A DNA stretch of 64,000 bases from Lama glama. Its lineage: Eukaryota. The notes under the pieces are model-generated. The model saw only the letters and a list, made by a program, of their open reading frames with translations, was not told the DNA's origin and searched no databases. The position numbers and the translations under genes are program-made. The stretch lies in NCBI GenBank assembly GCA_028534125.1, contig CM052816.1:61692001-61756000 (forward strand), read 5' to 3'. This document shows positions 51,802 through 64,000 of this stretch, in pieces; the stretch's first letter is position 1; each line of letters opens with the position of its first letter.

Positions 51802-52328
51802 TGCAGTAACTTGTCCCCAAGATGATTTCCACCCATTCCTTCCTGTATGCACATTCTACTGCTCAACCATTCTCCCGTTGAGCAGTAGAATCTATGCCTC
51901 CACCACTTTGAATCCAAGCTGATCTGTGAGTGCTGTGACCAGTTGAATGCCGAATAAGTGAGACTAAAGCATAAGAATGCTGATAGCTTCTTTCAGTGCT
52001 CACGCTGGGTGGGGGAATTCGGCCATGATGTAAGAAATCTGACTACCCGAAGGCTGCCATGCTCTGAGCAACCCCAAGGTAGCCAAGCGGGAAAGCTATG
52101 TGGACAGAGGTACGACCGATAAGCCCACAGCCATTTCAGCCCATATGTGAGGCATGTGAGTGAAGAAACCTTTAGAAAACTCCAGTCTCCGTCTCCAGCC
52201 AGCTGAAATTATGAGGGAGCCCTGATGAGAAGTACCCAGCCGAGCCCTGAGAGCCTCAGAGCCATGAATAGCTGTATCAGCCCTGATTTGGGGGCGGTTG
52301 GTTAGGCAGTGGTGGGTAACTGGAATAC
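51802..52328 (+). mobile_element. MLT1F/G/H-type MaLR LTR
   Basis: ccatgatgtaagaaatctgactacccgaaggctgccatgct; catgtgagtgaagaaacc; gggtaactggaatac end. Confidence 0.8.
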
Positions 52329-52497
52329 CGAGTGTCTGTTCTTTATAAGGGAAAAATAGATCGCTGCCTCAGATCCAAAGTAGTAAAACAGTTGCGTCTG
52401 TAATTATGACCTAGGGTTTGAAGTTCGGCTTCAATTTGTCTTTAAAAGCTACAGCAGGCTAAATTACTCCAGAAGGGTCAAGTGTTACAGCTGCTTT

Positions 52498-52698
52498 ATT
52501 TTTTTATTAATTTTTTTCTTTTTTCTTTTTTTAAATGTATTTTTGTTGAAGTATAGTCAGTTTACAGTGTTCTGTCAATTTCTGGTGTACAGCACAATAC
52601 TTCGGTCATGTGGGAACATACATTCATTTTCATATTCATAAGTTACTACAAGATACTGAGTCTAGTCCCCTGTGCTATGCAGTGTGAACTTGTTTGTG
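52498..52698 (-). mobile_element. Short, relatively young artiodactyl/camelid L1 3' end with poly(A) and degenerate TSD
   Basis: T-rich tail then gttgaagtatagtcagtttacagtgtt...tttctggtgtacagc...gtcccctgtgctat; flanks gctgcttta / gctacttta. Confidence 0.8.
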
Positions 52699-52889
52699 GC
52701 TACTTTAGTTTGCTACTTGGTTGTGGCTTAGATGTGCTGGCTGATGGAAGACTTCAGTTCAGCGCTGATGGACTAGCAGTGTTCTAGGACTTCACTCTTG
52801 GCGCGTCTGAAATTACTAATGTTAACTACAGTGTGAAAATAAGCGATAGTCATAGAAAGTTAGAGGAAGAAGGAGTCATATATATAGAA

Positions 52890-55800
52890 GTCACCTAGTC
52901 CAGTCACCTATTTTTTTTAGATGAAGTAAACAGAAAGGCACAGAGGTGAAGTGTCTTGCCCAGATCACAGAGCTGGTTGGTATCAATGTCGAGACTAGAA
53001 TTCGGGTCTTCTGGCCTGAGATGAGCTCCTTTCACCATATCCCTCTGCCTCTTGAATGCTGAAGAAACACCCTGGAAATGAGCATGTCGTGCGGCTTTAT
53101 CGTCCCTTCCATTTATTGTGTATGTCCTTTGTGCTATTGATCTATATGATGATGCTAAAATACTGACCTTATAGGTTTATTATGAGGGTTAAAGACACAG
53201 CTTGTGGAAATTAACTGGCACTGTGTACTTCATAACTGGTAAATACTGTCTTCCAGAGCCTGGTAAGACAAATTCTTTGGATAACCATCTCAAGGGCCTT
53301 TAAATTGAAAGAATTTCCCCCACAAAGGGTACCCTAGGTGTGAGAAATTCACCACTGGGGAGGGCTGCGAAGGGCATTGAGTATCAGCCCAAGTTCTAAC
53401 CCAGACAAGCAGACATTTAAACGACCTGTGAGAAAAGAAAAGAGTGGGATGTGTATAATTAGCATGAGCGCATGGAACAACTCACCATCCTGCAAAGGGA
53501 AACGGGGCTGAGTCAGCTCTGGTCACGGGAACGAGAAGGGAGCGGGCTGGGGGTCTGGAGTTTTTTCTGTCCACTTTTTATAAAAAGAAGGACCTCTAGC
53601 TGTCTGTCTGTCTGCTGAGGAGGCGATCCATCACCCGGTCTGTGAAAGGAGCTTTCTTTGGGCCCATCTCTCCAGACTTGTGTTGTGGTTACTTGTCTCA
53701 CTGTGGTTATCCCCACGTCTGCCTCTCTGTCTCCCTTGTATCACATGTACTGTGTGTGTAAAACTCTTTAAGTGGAGTCTGGGAATGGTTTTGAATACAT
53801 TCAGAGCAATAAGCCAGAACCTCCACCTTTTAATACCTGCTTCTGCCATTTCTCATCAATGGGGCTGTGCGCACATGTGGGGAGCAGCCGCCCGTGACGG
53901 AGCGGGGCCTCACTGCGCAAAGAGAAGCAGATGGGGAGAAAAGGGAGCTTTTGTACCAACACCTGTCTGGCCGCTGGGACCAGGAAAGGGGTTCTAGCAG
54001 CCGCGAGGGACAGAGTCCAGGTTGTGGACACAGTCACCAAGGATGCCACAGGCTATCATGGCGATTCAAGTGATGCGCAGGAAAAATGATTCTCACTAGT
54101 TTTCTGCTCACTGCGTGGTACGGTGAAGTTGTTTCAAAGCTGTTGGCAGACACCTTTGGAGTTAGACTGATGGGTTCAGTTTCCAGGTCTGCTGCTGGTT
54201 GGCTTTATGATTTGCGGCAAGCTATTTGACTTCTTTGAGCTGCAATTTCCTCACCCCGAAAAATGGGGGTGATAAGAATGCCTGCTTTATAGGCAGGTTG
54301 TAAAGAAGATTATGTGAAAATAGTGGAAGGAAAGTGCCTATCACTGCCCTGGAATATTGCAGATGCTTCATAAAGTATAGCCATTAGTATGTCGGTAATG
54401 ATTTTCAAAATAAAAGCAGGGAAATGCTGTAAAGTGAATAAAATTAGCTTATTCAGTTAGGCTCAATCTTCAACCTAACACTTAAAACATCTCTTAACCT
54501 CCCTGGACCTATTTAATAAGGATCATTTTGTTTGACCCATTCACAGATTTGGTGAATCTTAATCTTAGGTCTACCTGGACTTTCTTTGCAACATCAAGAG
54601 GTCTAACTCCAGAAGATGTGAGGGACCACAGGATTTTAACCTGGGGGTCAGGATTGGTCTGAATTTGTTTATGAGACAAATTCAGGGATTTTTTTTTGGT
54701 GGGAAATTGTTTGAGCTCCTCCTCAAAAGGATGCATTATAAACATTTACTACTATTGTTTATGCTTCTAAAATGTTAATGTTCTGTATAAAGAGTGCAAA
54801 AGGAACTTCTAGTCCTACGTATTTTGCTAACAGTTTTGTAATAAGTATAGCAGTGAATTGTGTTTATAGCCTCAACTAATAATAAAAAAGAAAAACAACC
54901 ATTCAGTGAGTGCCTGCTATGTGCCAGGCATGTCACAATCCTCCTCTGAGGACTGTCGCAGTCCCATGTTACGTAGGAGAGATCTGAGGCTCTGAGAGCT
55001 TCAGTCCTTACTGAAATCCCTGTGGGCAATTGGTGGCGTAGGGGTTTGGATGCAGATCTGTCTGATTCCAAAGCTCTTGCTCTGTCCAGCCCATTTTATT
55101 CCCTCCCGGTTCAGCTGCATTTGCTTGACTTTTATGAGGACCCAATAGAAACAGCCTCACAGTTTTCTTAGGCTGTTGAGATTCTGTAAACCATCCTTGC
55201 TCTCATCTTTGGGATGGCTCTGCTGCTTCCCCTCAGTCCAGACAATAGAAACTCTCTGTGCATATGTCAGTTATTTCAGGATGCTGAGTGTGAAACTTTT
55301 AATCAAGTATTTCAGGGGAAGGCCACATCTGGAAACAGTTGTCCAGATGTTATAAACTACTTTAGCCAGCAGTTGCCAGACTGCTGTCCAGGTGATGAGT
55401 ATAGGACCCCTCTCCATATGTGGAAGATATTCTGGAGGGACTGAGAGCTGGGAAGTTTTTAACTACTAGTCTGTGTTCTTCCCTGGAAGGGACCACAGTG
55501 ACTTGTGTCCCCAAGACCAAGGGTGACCTGATGACTCAGAAGAATCTCTGAGCTAAAGAATAAATGGCCCCCTTTTTCTCACGATCCCTAACACCTTACC
55601 TACCCTGAAAGAGGGGTTGGGAAGTAATCTGTACAGCTGCAGTGCTGTGGGCACCTGCACCCCACACCTCGAATTCAGGACTTTGTTTATGGGTTGCTTT
55701 CTTTCCCCTCGATCTTCTGTAGAGAAAGCTCTGAGTCCCAGAGCTGCCTCAGAGAGAAGCACTGTGGAGTTAGAGAGTTACTGCTGCTGAGAGAGAGGGC

Positions 55801-56230
55801 ATGGGGCAGTGCTTCTGCCGTGAGGTCCAGAAGTTTTAAGAACTGGAATCACCATCTGCAGGTGGGAGGGCTCCCTGTGACTCACAAGCTGTGTTGTAGG
55901 ACAGAAATGACACAGGCAACTGAGTTCTAATCAAACTTTATGATTTGTTCTGTATCACACAGCCTTTTGGTTTTGATCTCCGTGTTCATTGCTACTATTG
56001 TCAGTTGAAGCCAGCCTACTCATTAAAGAAGCAATAGGGCATCAAGCAAAAAAGAATGAAAAAACATAGATTTGGAAGTTAAGCTATCTGCATTCAAATC
56101 TATTGTTTTCTACCTGTGTGCCCTAGGATGAGTTAACCTCAGTCTCTCTAAGCTTCAGTTTTCTTCCATGAAAAATTGGTAACATGACTAATATCAAGCT
56201 TCATAGGGTGGCTGTGAAGATTATTATTGG
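52890..56230. mobile_element. Several separate MIR copies (~52890-53040 -, ~54150-54390 +, ~54890-55090 -, ~56070-56230 +)
   Basis: MIR cores such as ggcacagaggtgaagtgtcttgcccagatcacagagctgg and ctttgagctgcaatttcctcaccccgaaaaatgggg. Confidence 0.75.
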
Positions 56231-58129
56231 TAGTAAATGTACAATAGAGGACTGATTAAACAAATGAGCCATGTGATAGAATGCCATATAGTCATAAAAA
56301 ACCATGCTGTAGGAGATGATGCATGTAGAGCAGTTAGCACTTGCAATACCCCCTGAACATCGTTATTGTGGAGGTGGCGGCTGGTGACCATTTGTTCCAA
56401 GAAAACTTGATGTCTTCCTGTCAGCTGGAAGGAGAATGGCAGGTGTTGGGGTCACTTGCATTTAAACTCGATTGGCTAGTGATTTGGGCCAGAGAAGGAA
56501 AGGCTGACGGGAAGGGACTGAGACCCAGTGATGCTGTTGACATTCACACTAGCAGACTCAGTTTGTAATCTGGTCCAGCCAGCTTGATTCAAAATCAGTC
56601 TCTCCACAGGAATTTCACACATGCAAATGAGAATTTCGATGGTCCTTGGAAAATAACCTCTAGTTTAGTCTACACAGCCCTGCCAGTTGAGAGCCAAAGT
56701 CCCCAGGGGGTCCAGGTACACTGCACAGTTGCTCTCGTCCAATCCCAGCCTCGGGAACCACAGGGCCTACCTTCCAGTCCTGGAGGACGCTCTCAGCATT
56801 GCTACTGAGTGAGCAAGCCCTGTGCTTATTTCTGAGCAGAGGGAGCCAGGTAGCACTTAGGCTAGGAAACAAAAGTGAACCCTCATTAGCCCCCAGTGTT
56901 AAGTGATATGTTCAAGCAAAAATGTCAGTTTAACCTTTAAGGATGAGAATCTTTGGTCTATAAAGCCAGCAGGACCCTTTCAAGGTCTACCCATTTACAA
57001 ACTTTTCATGATACAGTCAACATTTTGGATCAGGATTATATGCCTGTAATTATTCACTTACTCCTTGAGAACTTTTATAGATTTTTTTTAACTTTTTTTT
57101 CAGAAGAGTAAAATAGTTGAGCTCTTGGAAATATTTAAGTATAATTTTGCTTTGTTTTATCCAATACATCTGGATTAATTTAGCCCCAGACAAAGATCCA
57201 TTAGCATCAAACAAAACTGTTGCCTTCAAACCATATTTTTGACTAAAAATTTCCACCTTAAAACAAATGATTTTTATATAGTTTGATACAGAGGAGACTC
57301 ATGCATGCTCTTACTTCTTGGATAACCCCTTGACATTTACTTTTTTCCTTCTTTCCCTGAAATGTGGACTATCCTTGGTCTTCTCCCCTCATCTTGTGGT
57401 GTGACTGCAGGCATCTTAGTTACCTCTGTTGGTTTACCTGTCACCTCTATTCAGGTACCATCCAAATAGTGACACTAGGAGAAAAAACAGAATGAGCACT
57501 GCTCCACATGTATCAAGCCTCCGGGATGTTCAAATAGAAAAGTCTAGCAGATGCATGCAGAGACACTCTTAAGCAAAAGCTTTATTCAACTTTCTCTCGT
57601 CTATAATCATTCCTTGAAAAAGCTCCTGTTTGAATAAATCATGAGCCATATCGGTTTGCCAGAGAGACTGATGAAGCAGGTCTATTTTTCTAACTCCTTT
57701 TTTTCCCTAGCCTGTGGGGTCTCCCATTTCATGCTTCTGTTTATCCAAGTTTTATTTACAATATCCTAATAAATCTCTGTGCTCTAGGATCATGTGGACA
57801 TGAAGACAGTTTCAGGGGTTACCCATGAGTGTTGTAATGTTATGAACCATATGGCAATGCTTTACTGTCAAGGACACGGGGATCTCACTGTGTGAGACTG
57901 AAGTCAGGCTTCTTGCTCTGGACTTAAGGAAAGCGATTCAGACAGAGGACCAGATGGAGTCTTACACAGACCCTGTCCAAACCACCACTGGGCTAGGAAT
58001 AGTGAGAAATGCCCATGTTACCCCTTCGATGATGACACGTAGGAAGCAAATTACTTCCATAACAAAAGTGTAAGTAAAAATTCTTATTGTGCAAATGTCC
58101 CCAAGTCTCACCTGCCTGCAGGTATAAAT

Positions 58130-58520
58130 GAAGTCAGATCAGTGTCACTTCCTTAGCCTCCTTCCAAGGAGACTCCCCTCCATCATTTAGGGGAGTCTCC
58201 AGGACTGTCCTACATGGGTTAATATTGATATTATTCTATCTGGACATACATTTGGTATATATTGTTTTGTCATCTCCTTTTTCACTTAGTGTACTGTGAA
58301 CTTTCTCCTATGGGTAGATATTTTTTCTGTAGCATGATTTTTTACGACTATATGGTATTCCATCACATGGCTAATTTGTTTAATCAGTCCTCTATTATTG
58401 TACATTTACTACCAATAATAAGTAATTCTTTGGTGATTGTCTTTGCACACACCTCTAATTGTCCTGAAATAATTTCTGGACATAGAATTGCTTGGCCAAG
58501 GCTGTGCTCATCATAAAGTG
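58130..58520 (-). mobile_element. L1ME-type fragment
   Basis: atggtattccatcacatggctaatttgtttaatcagtcctctattattgtacattta; agaattgcttggccaagg. Confidence 0.6.
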
Positions 58521-60369
58521 TTAATTCTATTATTAATAAATCATGATAATGATATTAAGTACTACTAAACGTTGGGCCAATGGGGCAATTCCTCTGGAGA
58601 GAGCTCTTGAAAACCAAAAATACAACACTTACAGTCTTTTAAAAAATGCATTTTAAGAAACAAGAACCATTCCAAATTGATCAATACAAAGGAACGGTTT
58701 TGAATTTTTGAGACCCCTTTGTAATCTGACATTTTTGTTTCCTAAAATTTAATTTAGGTACAGTATTTTTAGGTAGGAGTGGTAAACATCCATTTAAAAT
58801 GAATAATGTATAAATTGTTGATTTGCGATATTTATCATCAATAAATCGGGCAAATCTGAACAAATATTTTCAAAAAAAGCTCAGCATCCGGAAGTTTGTT
58901 ACTTCTCTGCTAGAGAGATTTAAAGTTCCAGTGGTCCATAAGGAATTAAGTGGAATGTATGACTTGTATCCTTAACTAGATCTTAAGAGAAAGGAGTTGT
59001 CACCAATATGATTTGACCAAACGTCTTATAAAAGACACCACCAAGAACGGCGCTTGGAAGCACGGGCAGCCAGACACCCCTGGCAGCTCCATCCTTCTGT
59101 GCTTTAATAACTCACTGGCAACAGGATGAAGTAGTTTATGTTCCAGACTTTGCCTCCTGGTATCTAGATTTTTATAGGTGTTTTGACTGAGGTGTAGAGG
59201 AGGCATTTTTTTGGCTGCTGATTTCTATTCCAGATTGTGGGATGTGAATAATTTGGTAAATTAACATCAATGGGTTAGACTGTTCTTTGTTACCAAATGC
59301 CCCTAGGCTGCCTGTTCCACTGGATGGTCACGTTAATTTGCAACCACATGAGGATGGCTGCTGGGCACACACGCCCAAGTTAAATTTCCTTTTGCAGGCT
59401 TTCCCCCTATTTTGGATATTCAGGTAGCCACTGAAGTCTGAGGCAGCCCTCTCTTGTGCATTCATAATTCTGGCTAAACCTAGGGCTTCCAAAACTAATA
59501 TCAGGGAGGAAAGATCCAAACCTTAGTGCTTTTGTGGCTTTTTTTTCCCCCTCGGGGCCAGCTTTCAGCCGTGATCCCAATGATCAGTCTGTCCTCCTAG
59601 CTATATAAGAAATGCATAAACTGTGTGTGCTACAAATGATGTTTTTCTAGCCTGTCCGTATAGCCTATTAAACCGGAGTTGGCAGTTTTCCATCTCTTAG
59701 GAGAAGCATTTGGCATAAATAATATTGTCATTTGGGAAGGCTAGACGTGGTTTGAAGAAGTGACCTTGTATAAATATTGTCTGAGGTATGACTGAGGCTA
59801 AATTATATGACAGGGAGCTAGTATACTCTGGGCTCTGGGCCCTCCTGGTGATGAAGTTGCTTCTTGTAGGAATGGAATCATTTGAATTGAAAATGTAATC
59901 AAATACATCAGAGGCTATTAAAAAAACACACACACACACAGGAAACAGCCTATTTGTGAACCCCCAGGGTCCAGAGGATGGCAAAAGGGTGCTGAATTTC
60001 TTTGTTATTCAAATGGCTTTGTTTTTTTAAGGGACAAGATGTCCTAGAAAGTGCCTTTGTCCTTGCCATGGGACTTCCCTCAGTGTGGAGACTCCCGAGC
60101 ATGCCAGACGTTTGCTGACTCGCCACCCACGCTTGAGGGGAGCGGCTGGCACTGAACACAGGGTTGCTGGCTGTTTGCGGGTGACCTGGCATATCAGCAC
60201 AAGACAGTTACTTTCCATTCCCCTCTCTACATCCCACTTGAGGATTTCGTTCTTCTTTCCTGGCCTGTGTTGCTCTGATCGCCTCCTAATTATACAGAAC
60301 TTCTCTTCACTTTCTCTTCCTTCTGTTAGATGATTGGCCAGAGCTGTCTTTCAAAAGCATGATTTTGTT

Positions 60370-61900
60370 TTCATCAGTCCATCAATGTATCCATTCACTC
60401 AACAAATATTTATTGGGTGCCAACCGTGTGTCAAGCACTTTGTTCCCTGCTATAATAAGATTTCTGGTCTAGTGAGGGAGAGAGATAGTTGACAAAGAAT
60501 TCCAGTACTGGATATATGTCAGTATAAATTAGTGTGAGCATTCTGTAGGAAAGAAGGAGGGTTCTTTGATGGTACGTAGAAAACAAAGGAACCTCATCAG
60601 GACTGAGGAGTCAGGACGGCTCCTCTGAGGAAGTGAGTAGGTTGTAGTGTGAGCTTGCATGGTTGTGAGTCTCCACTCAGCAAAGGAGAGGCCTTGGGGA
60701 GTGGGGGCAGGATGGGGTGTGGAGTGTTTTCCAAACAGAGTAGCATGCAGGTCAGGGGAAGCACGGGGCCAGGGGAGAAATGGAGAGAAGGTTGCTGTGG
60801 CTGGAAGATGGAGAGTGAGGGCCACACAGGGAGGGATGTATAAGCTCTGTAGAGAATTGTGGTCTCTATCTAGAGCAGTGGGAGGCCATTAACGAGCCTT
60901 TGAGCCGGCTGTGACTTGATCAGACTTGTGTTTGGAAAAGACAATGTGGGCTGCAGTGGGGAGAATTAATTGGTGGTGGACAAAGAGCTCTGGAGCGAGA
61001 GGCCATAGTGAAGACAGGTGTTTAGCAGTGGAGATGAGAAACAGACAGGCTTGAGCTTTACTTACGTGGGGGAAAAAACCCACAGGGTTTGACAATGCAC
61101 TGGACATGAGGCAAAGGGAATCATCAAGGGTGACCCCGAGACTCCAATTTATGCAACTGGATTGGCTGAGGTGCGATTCACTGAGTGAGGGATCACTGAA
61201 AAAGAGGCTTAAAATCATGAGCAAAGGTGGCCTTGAACTGGGGAGAAAACTTGATGATGTTCAAGGAATAGCAAGGGGGAGAGCGGCAGATAAAGCCACA
61301 GAGGTGTGACTGGGGAAGGCAGCAGATGTAGGCCACCAGAAAAGGATGCCAGCTTTCACTTGAGTGGTAGGGGAAGCTATCGGAGGGTTCTGAGTAGAGG
61401 AATTACATGATCTGACTTTCATTTGTGAAAGATTACCGTGGCTTCCGTATGGAGAAAAGACTAGGAAGGTAAGACCAACATCAGGGAGGCCAGTTGGGTG
61501 ACAGTTACAGTAATCCCAGTGGAAGATGGTGGTGGTGACTGACTTCAGGGCAGTAGCCGAGAAGGTGGTGAGATGCGGTTAGGACCTGGACAGATGTTTT
61601 ATACAGAACCAGCAGCATTTCCCGACAGATTGGATATAGTGGGAAGGAAAGAGAGGAGTGAAGGATGATACCAGGATTTTTGGCTTGAGCTTTTTGCCAT
61701 TCACGAAGATGTATTAGACTACTGGAGATTAAGGAGTTTGGTTTTGAAAATTAGGTCTGAGATCCTTGTTGTATATTTAACTTAAAAGAGTAAGTAAGCT
61801 GTTGGACATACGAGTTAAAGTTTAAAGGCGATCCAAAATAAAATACTTCTCATTATGCTTGGGGTAGAAATAGATGACACTCAAACCATGAGAAAGGATG
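60370..61900 (-). mobile_element. L2 LINE fragments (at least two copies)
   Basis: cattcactcaacaaatatttattgggtgcc tail; repeated gatcagacttgtgtttggaaaagacaatgtggg / gatctgactttcatttgtgaaagattaccgtgg body motifs. Confidence 0.8.
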
Positions 61901-61989
61901 AGCTGACCAAAGGACTTAGGGTCGAGAAGAGGAACAATAAAGTTCAGAAGCTAAGCACGGAGAGGACAGTTCTAGTCAGCAATCAGGGT

Positions 61990-62500
61990 TGACAGCAGCA
62001 GCAGCAAGACATACTGACATCACACACCCCAAGATGCGAAGCCCTGAGAAGAGCGTGACGTCACTTCTGTGGAGGTTTTGCCAAAAACCCATACTCTCAA
62101 TCAAAGCACGAGAAAACATCAGACAAATCCACACTGAGAAACGTTCGACAACGTAAGTGACCAGCCCTCTTCAAAAACGAAAAAATGAATGACTGAGAAA
62201 CTGTCACGGATTAAATAACTAACTAACAAGGCATGAAAACTAAATATAATATGGGATCCCAGATCGGATCCTGGGCCAGAAAAGGGGTGTTAGTGGGAAA
62301 ACTGGTGAAATTCAAATATAGACTGCAGTTTAGTCAGTCGTGTTGCACCAATGTTGTTTTCCTGGTTTTTGATGGTTGTACTACGCTTATATAAGATGTT
62401 AACATTAAGGGGAGCTGGTTTAAAGAAACAGAGGAACTTTGTTTTATTTCTGCAACTTGTCTGTTAGTCTAAAGTTATTCCAAAAGAAAAAGTTAGAGAA
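61990..62500 (+). mobile_element. L1MC/L1MD-type 3' UTR
   Basis: gaaaacatcagacaaatcc; ggatcctgggccagaaaagggg...gaaaactggtgaaattcaaata; ctgttagtctaaagttattccaaaag. Confidence 0.85.
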
Positions 62501-63629
62501 AATTCAGTTTCTGGCTTTTCGCTGCTTAGGCGCCGAGGACATGGCTGTCCTCGAGCCCGGCTCAGAGATGCCGGAGCAGCAGGCAGGGCCATCCTGCAGG
62601 CCTTTAGGCTGTGCTAAAGACTTCGGACTTTCCTCTAAGAGCCAGTGAAGGATTAGGCAGGGAATGTGGAGGAAGATGAGAAACTAGACATGTTTGTTTT
62701 AGGCAAAAAGAGACAAGAAAACAGAATAAATACTGGGTTAGGCCCAGATTCAGGCAAACACCCAGTTACTCTCAATTATTCATCCTGTTCTCCAAACAGA
62801 ATTGACCATGAGTTAGTTCATGACTCACAGGGGTGTTAGCACATTGTAACGTCTGGCTGGGAAGATTGCTCAGATCCCAGAGGATTATCCTTGAGGGGCC
62901 TCGCAGTGTCCCATTTTCTCTGGGCGCTCCTACAGTTCAGGCGTGACTGTGGAGGGGGTTTGAAGCTTGTGGGCCTGAAAGCTAAATTGTGTGTTCATCA
63001 CATCTGACCCTCCCTGTCCGGAATGATTCCAGAACAGAGACTGCAGCTGGCTTGAGATGCCAACCTGCAGTGAGTAAGGAAATGACCCACTAGAAAGGAG
63101 AGGGCAGACTCCTCCTGGGCCTTCTCGGCCAAGTCTGCTGGGGGAGGGGTTGTGGCAAGGTGGGGTGGGGCGGGGCGTGTTCAGGGTTTCATCACGTCGG
63201 AGGTCCCAAGCGGGTTGTAGAGCAGTGGGAGATGGTGACTGGGACCTGCTAATTATAAAATTATATATTAAATGTTAGCCTAGGGAACAATGTAAAAGGG
63301 GCTCATATAGAAGACAGAGGGTTGGTTCCCTGAAGCTGGGGAGTCTGTGCCTCTGCCCAAAGAGGAGGTGAACCTTGGGAAAGGAACCTTGTGCCCTTTA
63401 ACTTCCCAGCTGTCCTATGCAGAATGGGCTAAGAATCAGGAGAAGCCATGGAGTCTAGGGTATGACCACTCCCCGCCCTCCCACCACCAACCCACCCTCA
63501 TCGCCTGGCCTGGCAGGAAACTGCCCGTCCACCTTGACGGCTAGCCCTGCTCGCAGAAACTCTCATGCAGTCCAGTATTGTGAGGCTCAAATACTACAAA
63601 TGTGATTATTGACCATTGCTGTCGACTTT

Positions 63630-63815
63630 TGAATACTTACTGCATGCTAGGCTCTTTATATAATGGCTTCTAATCTTTTCAACAATGCTTCAAAGCAGTA
63701 TCATCATCCCCATTTTACAGGGGATTTTCTCAGTGAGGAAATCGAGGCTTAGGTCGTGTGAGGTCACACAACAGTGAGGGGCTGAACCAGGATTTGAACC
63801 CAGGTCTGGCTTCCC
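63630..63815 (-). mobile_element. MIR SINE
   Basis: catccccattttacag...gaggaaatcgaggcttag...aggtcacacaacag...aggatttgaacccaggtctggc. Confidence 0.88.
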
Positions 63816-64000
63816 AGAATTGCATGAGTGCGTGGTGCCAGGAGTGAGGAATCCTCCGGGAAGGGCTGTGACTGGCACTGACCAGCACTCCCCAACTTCA
63901 GAGACACACACCGATGCGCTGGACTTGGGGAAATTTCTCTGGGGATGTGGCATCAGCAGCCTGTGACTCATCGGGTGAATCTGAGGGTGGCGGCCCGATG

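Noticed and set aside
62055..62064. Perfect CRE palindrome GTGACGTCAC
   Set aside because: Isolated motif inside an L1 3' UTR with no supporting context.

Overview
Mammalian genomic DNA, very probably a camelid (alpaca, llama or camel), because it carries a Vic-1-type tRNA-derived SINE with intact target-site duplications. No protein-coding exon can be supported; the ORF track is noise or transposon remnants. The first ~3.1 kb looks like the distal 3' UTR of a + strand gene that I cannot name, ending at AATAAA 3071-3076. The remaining ~61 kb is non-coding, with many ancient repeats (MIR, L2, CR1/L3, L1M, MaLR and ERVL LTRs, hAT and mariner MITEs), a 100-N gap, three orphan CpG-rich promoter/enhancer-like segments (~20.6, ~28.1 and ~32.2 kb) and two repeat-poor blocks (38-41 and 44-49 kb). 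The most unusual object is a MER41-like ERV1 LTR (30748-31162, - strand). It starts exactly at the U3 TG but ends in a poly(A) tail 13 nt after its AATAAA, so it lacks U5 and looks L1-mobilised. It carries a STAT GAS motif ~1.35 kb upstream of an orphan TATA/GC-box promoter. All repeat family names come from recalled consensus sequences, not from a search.
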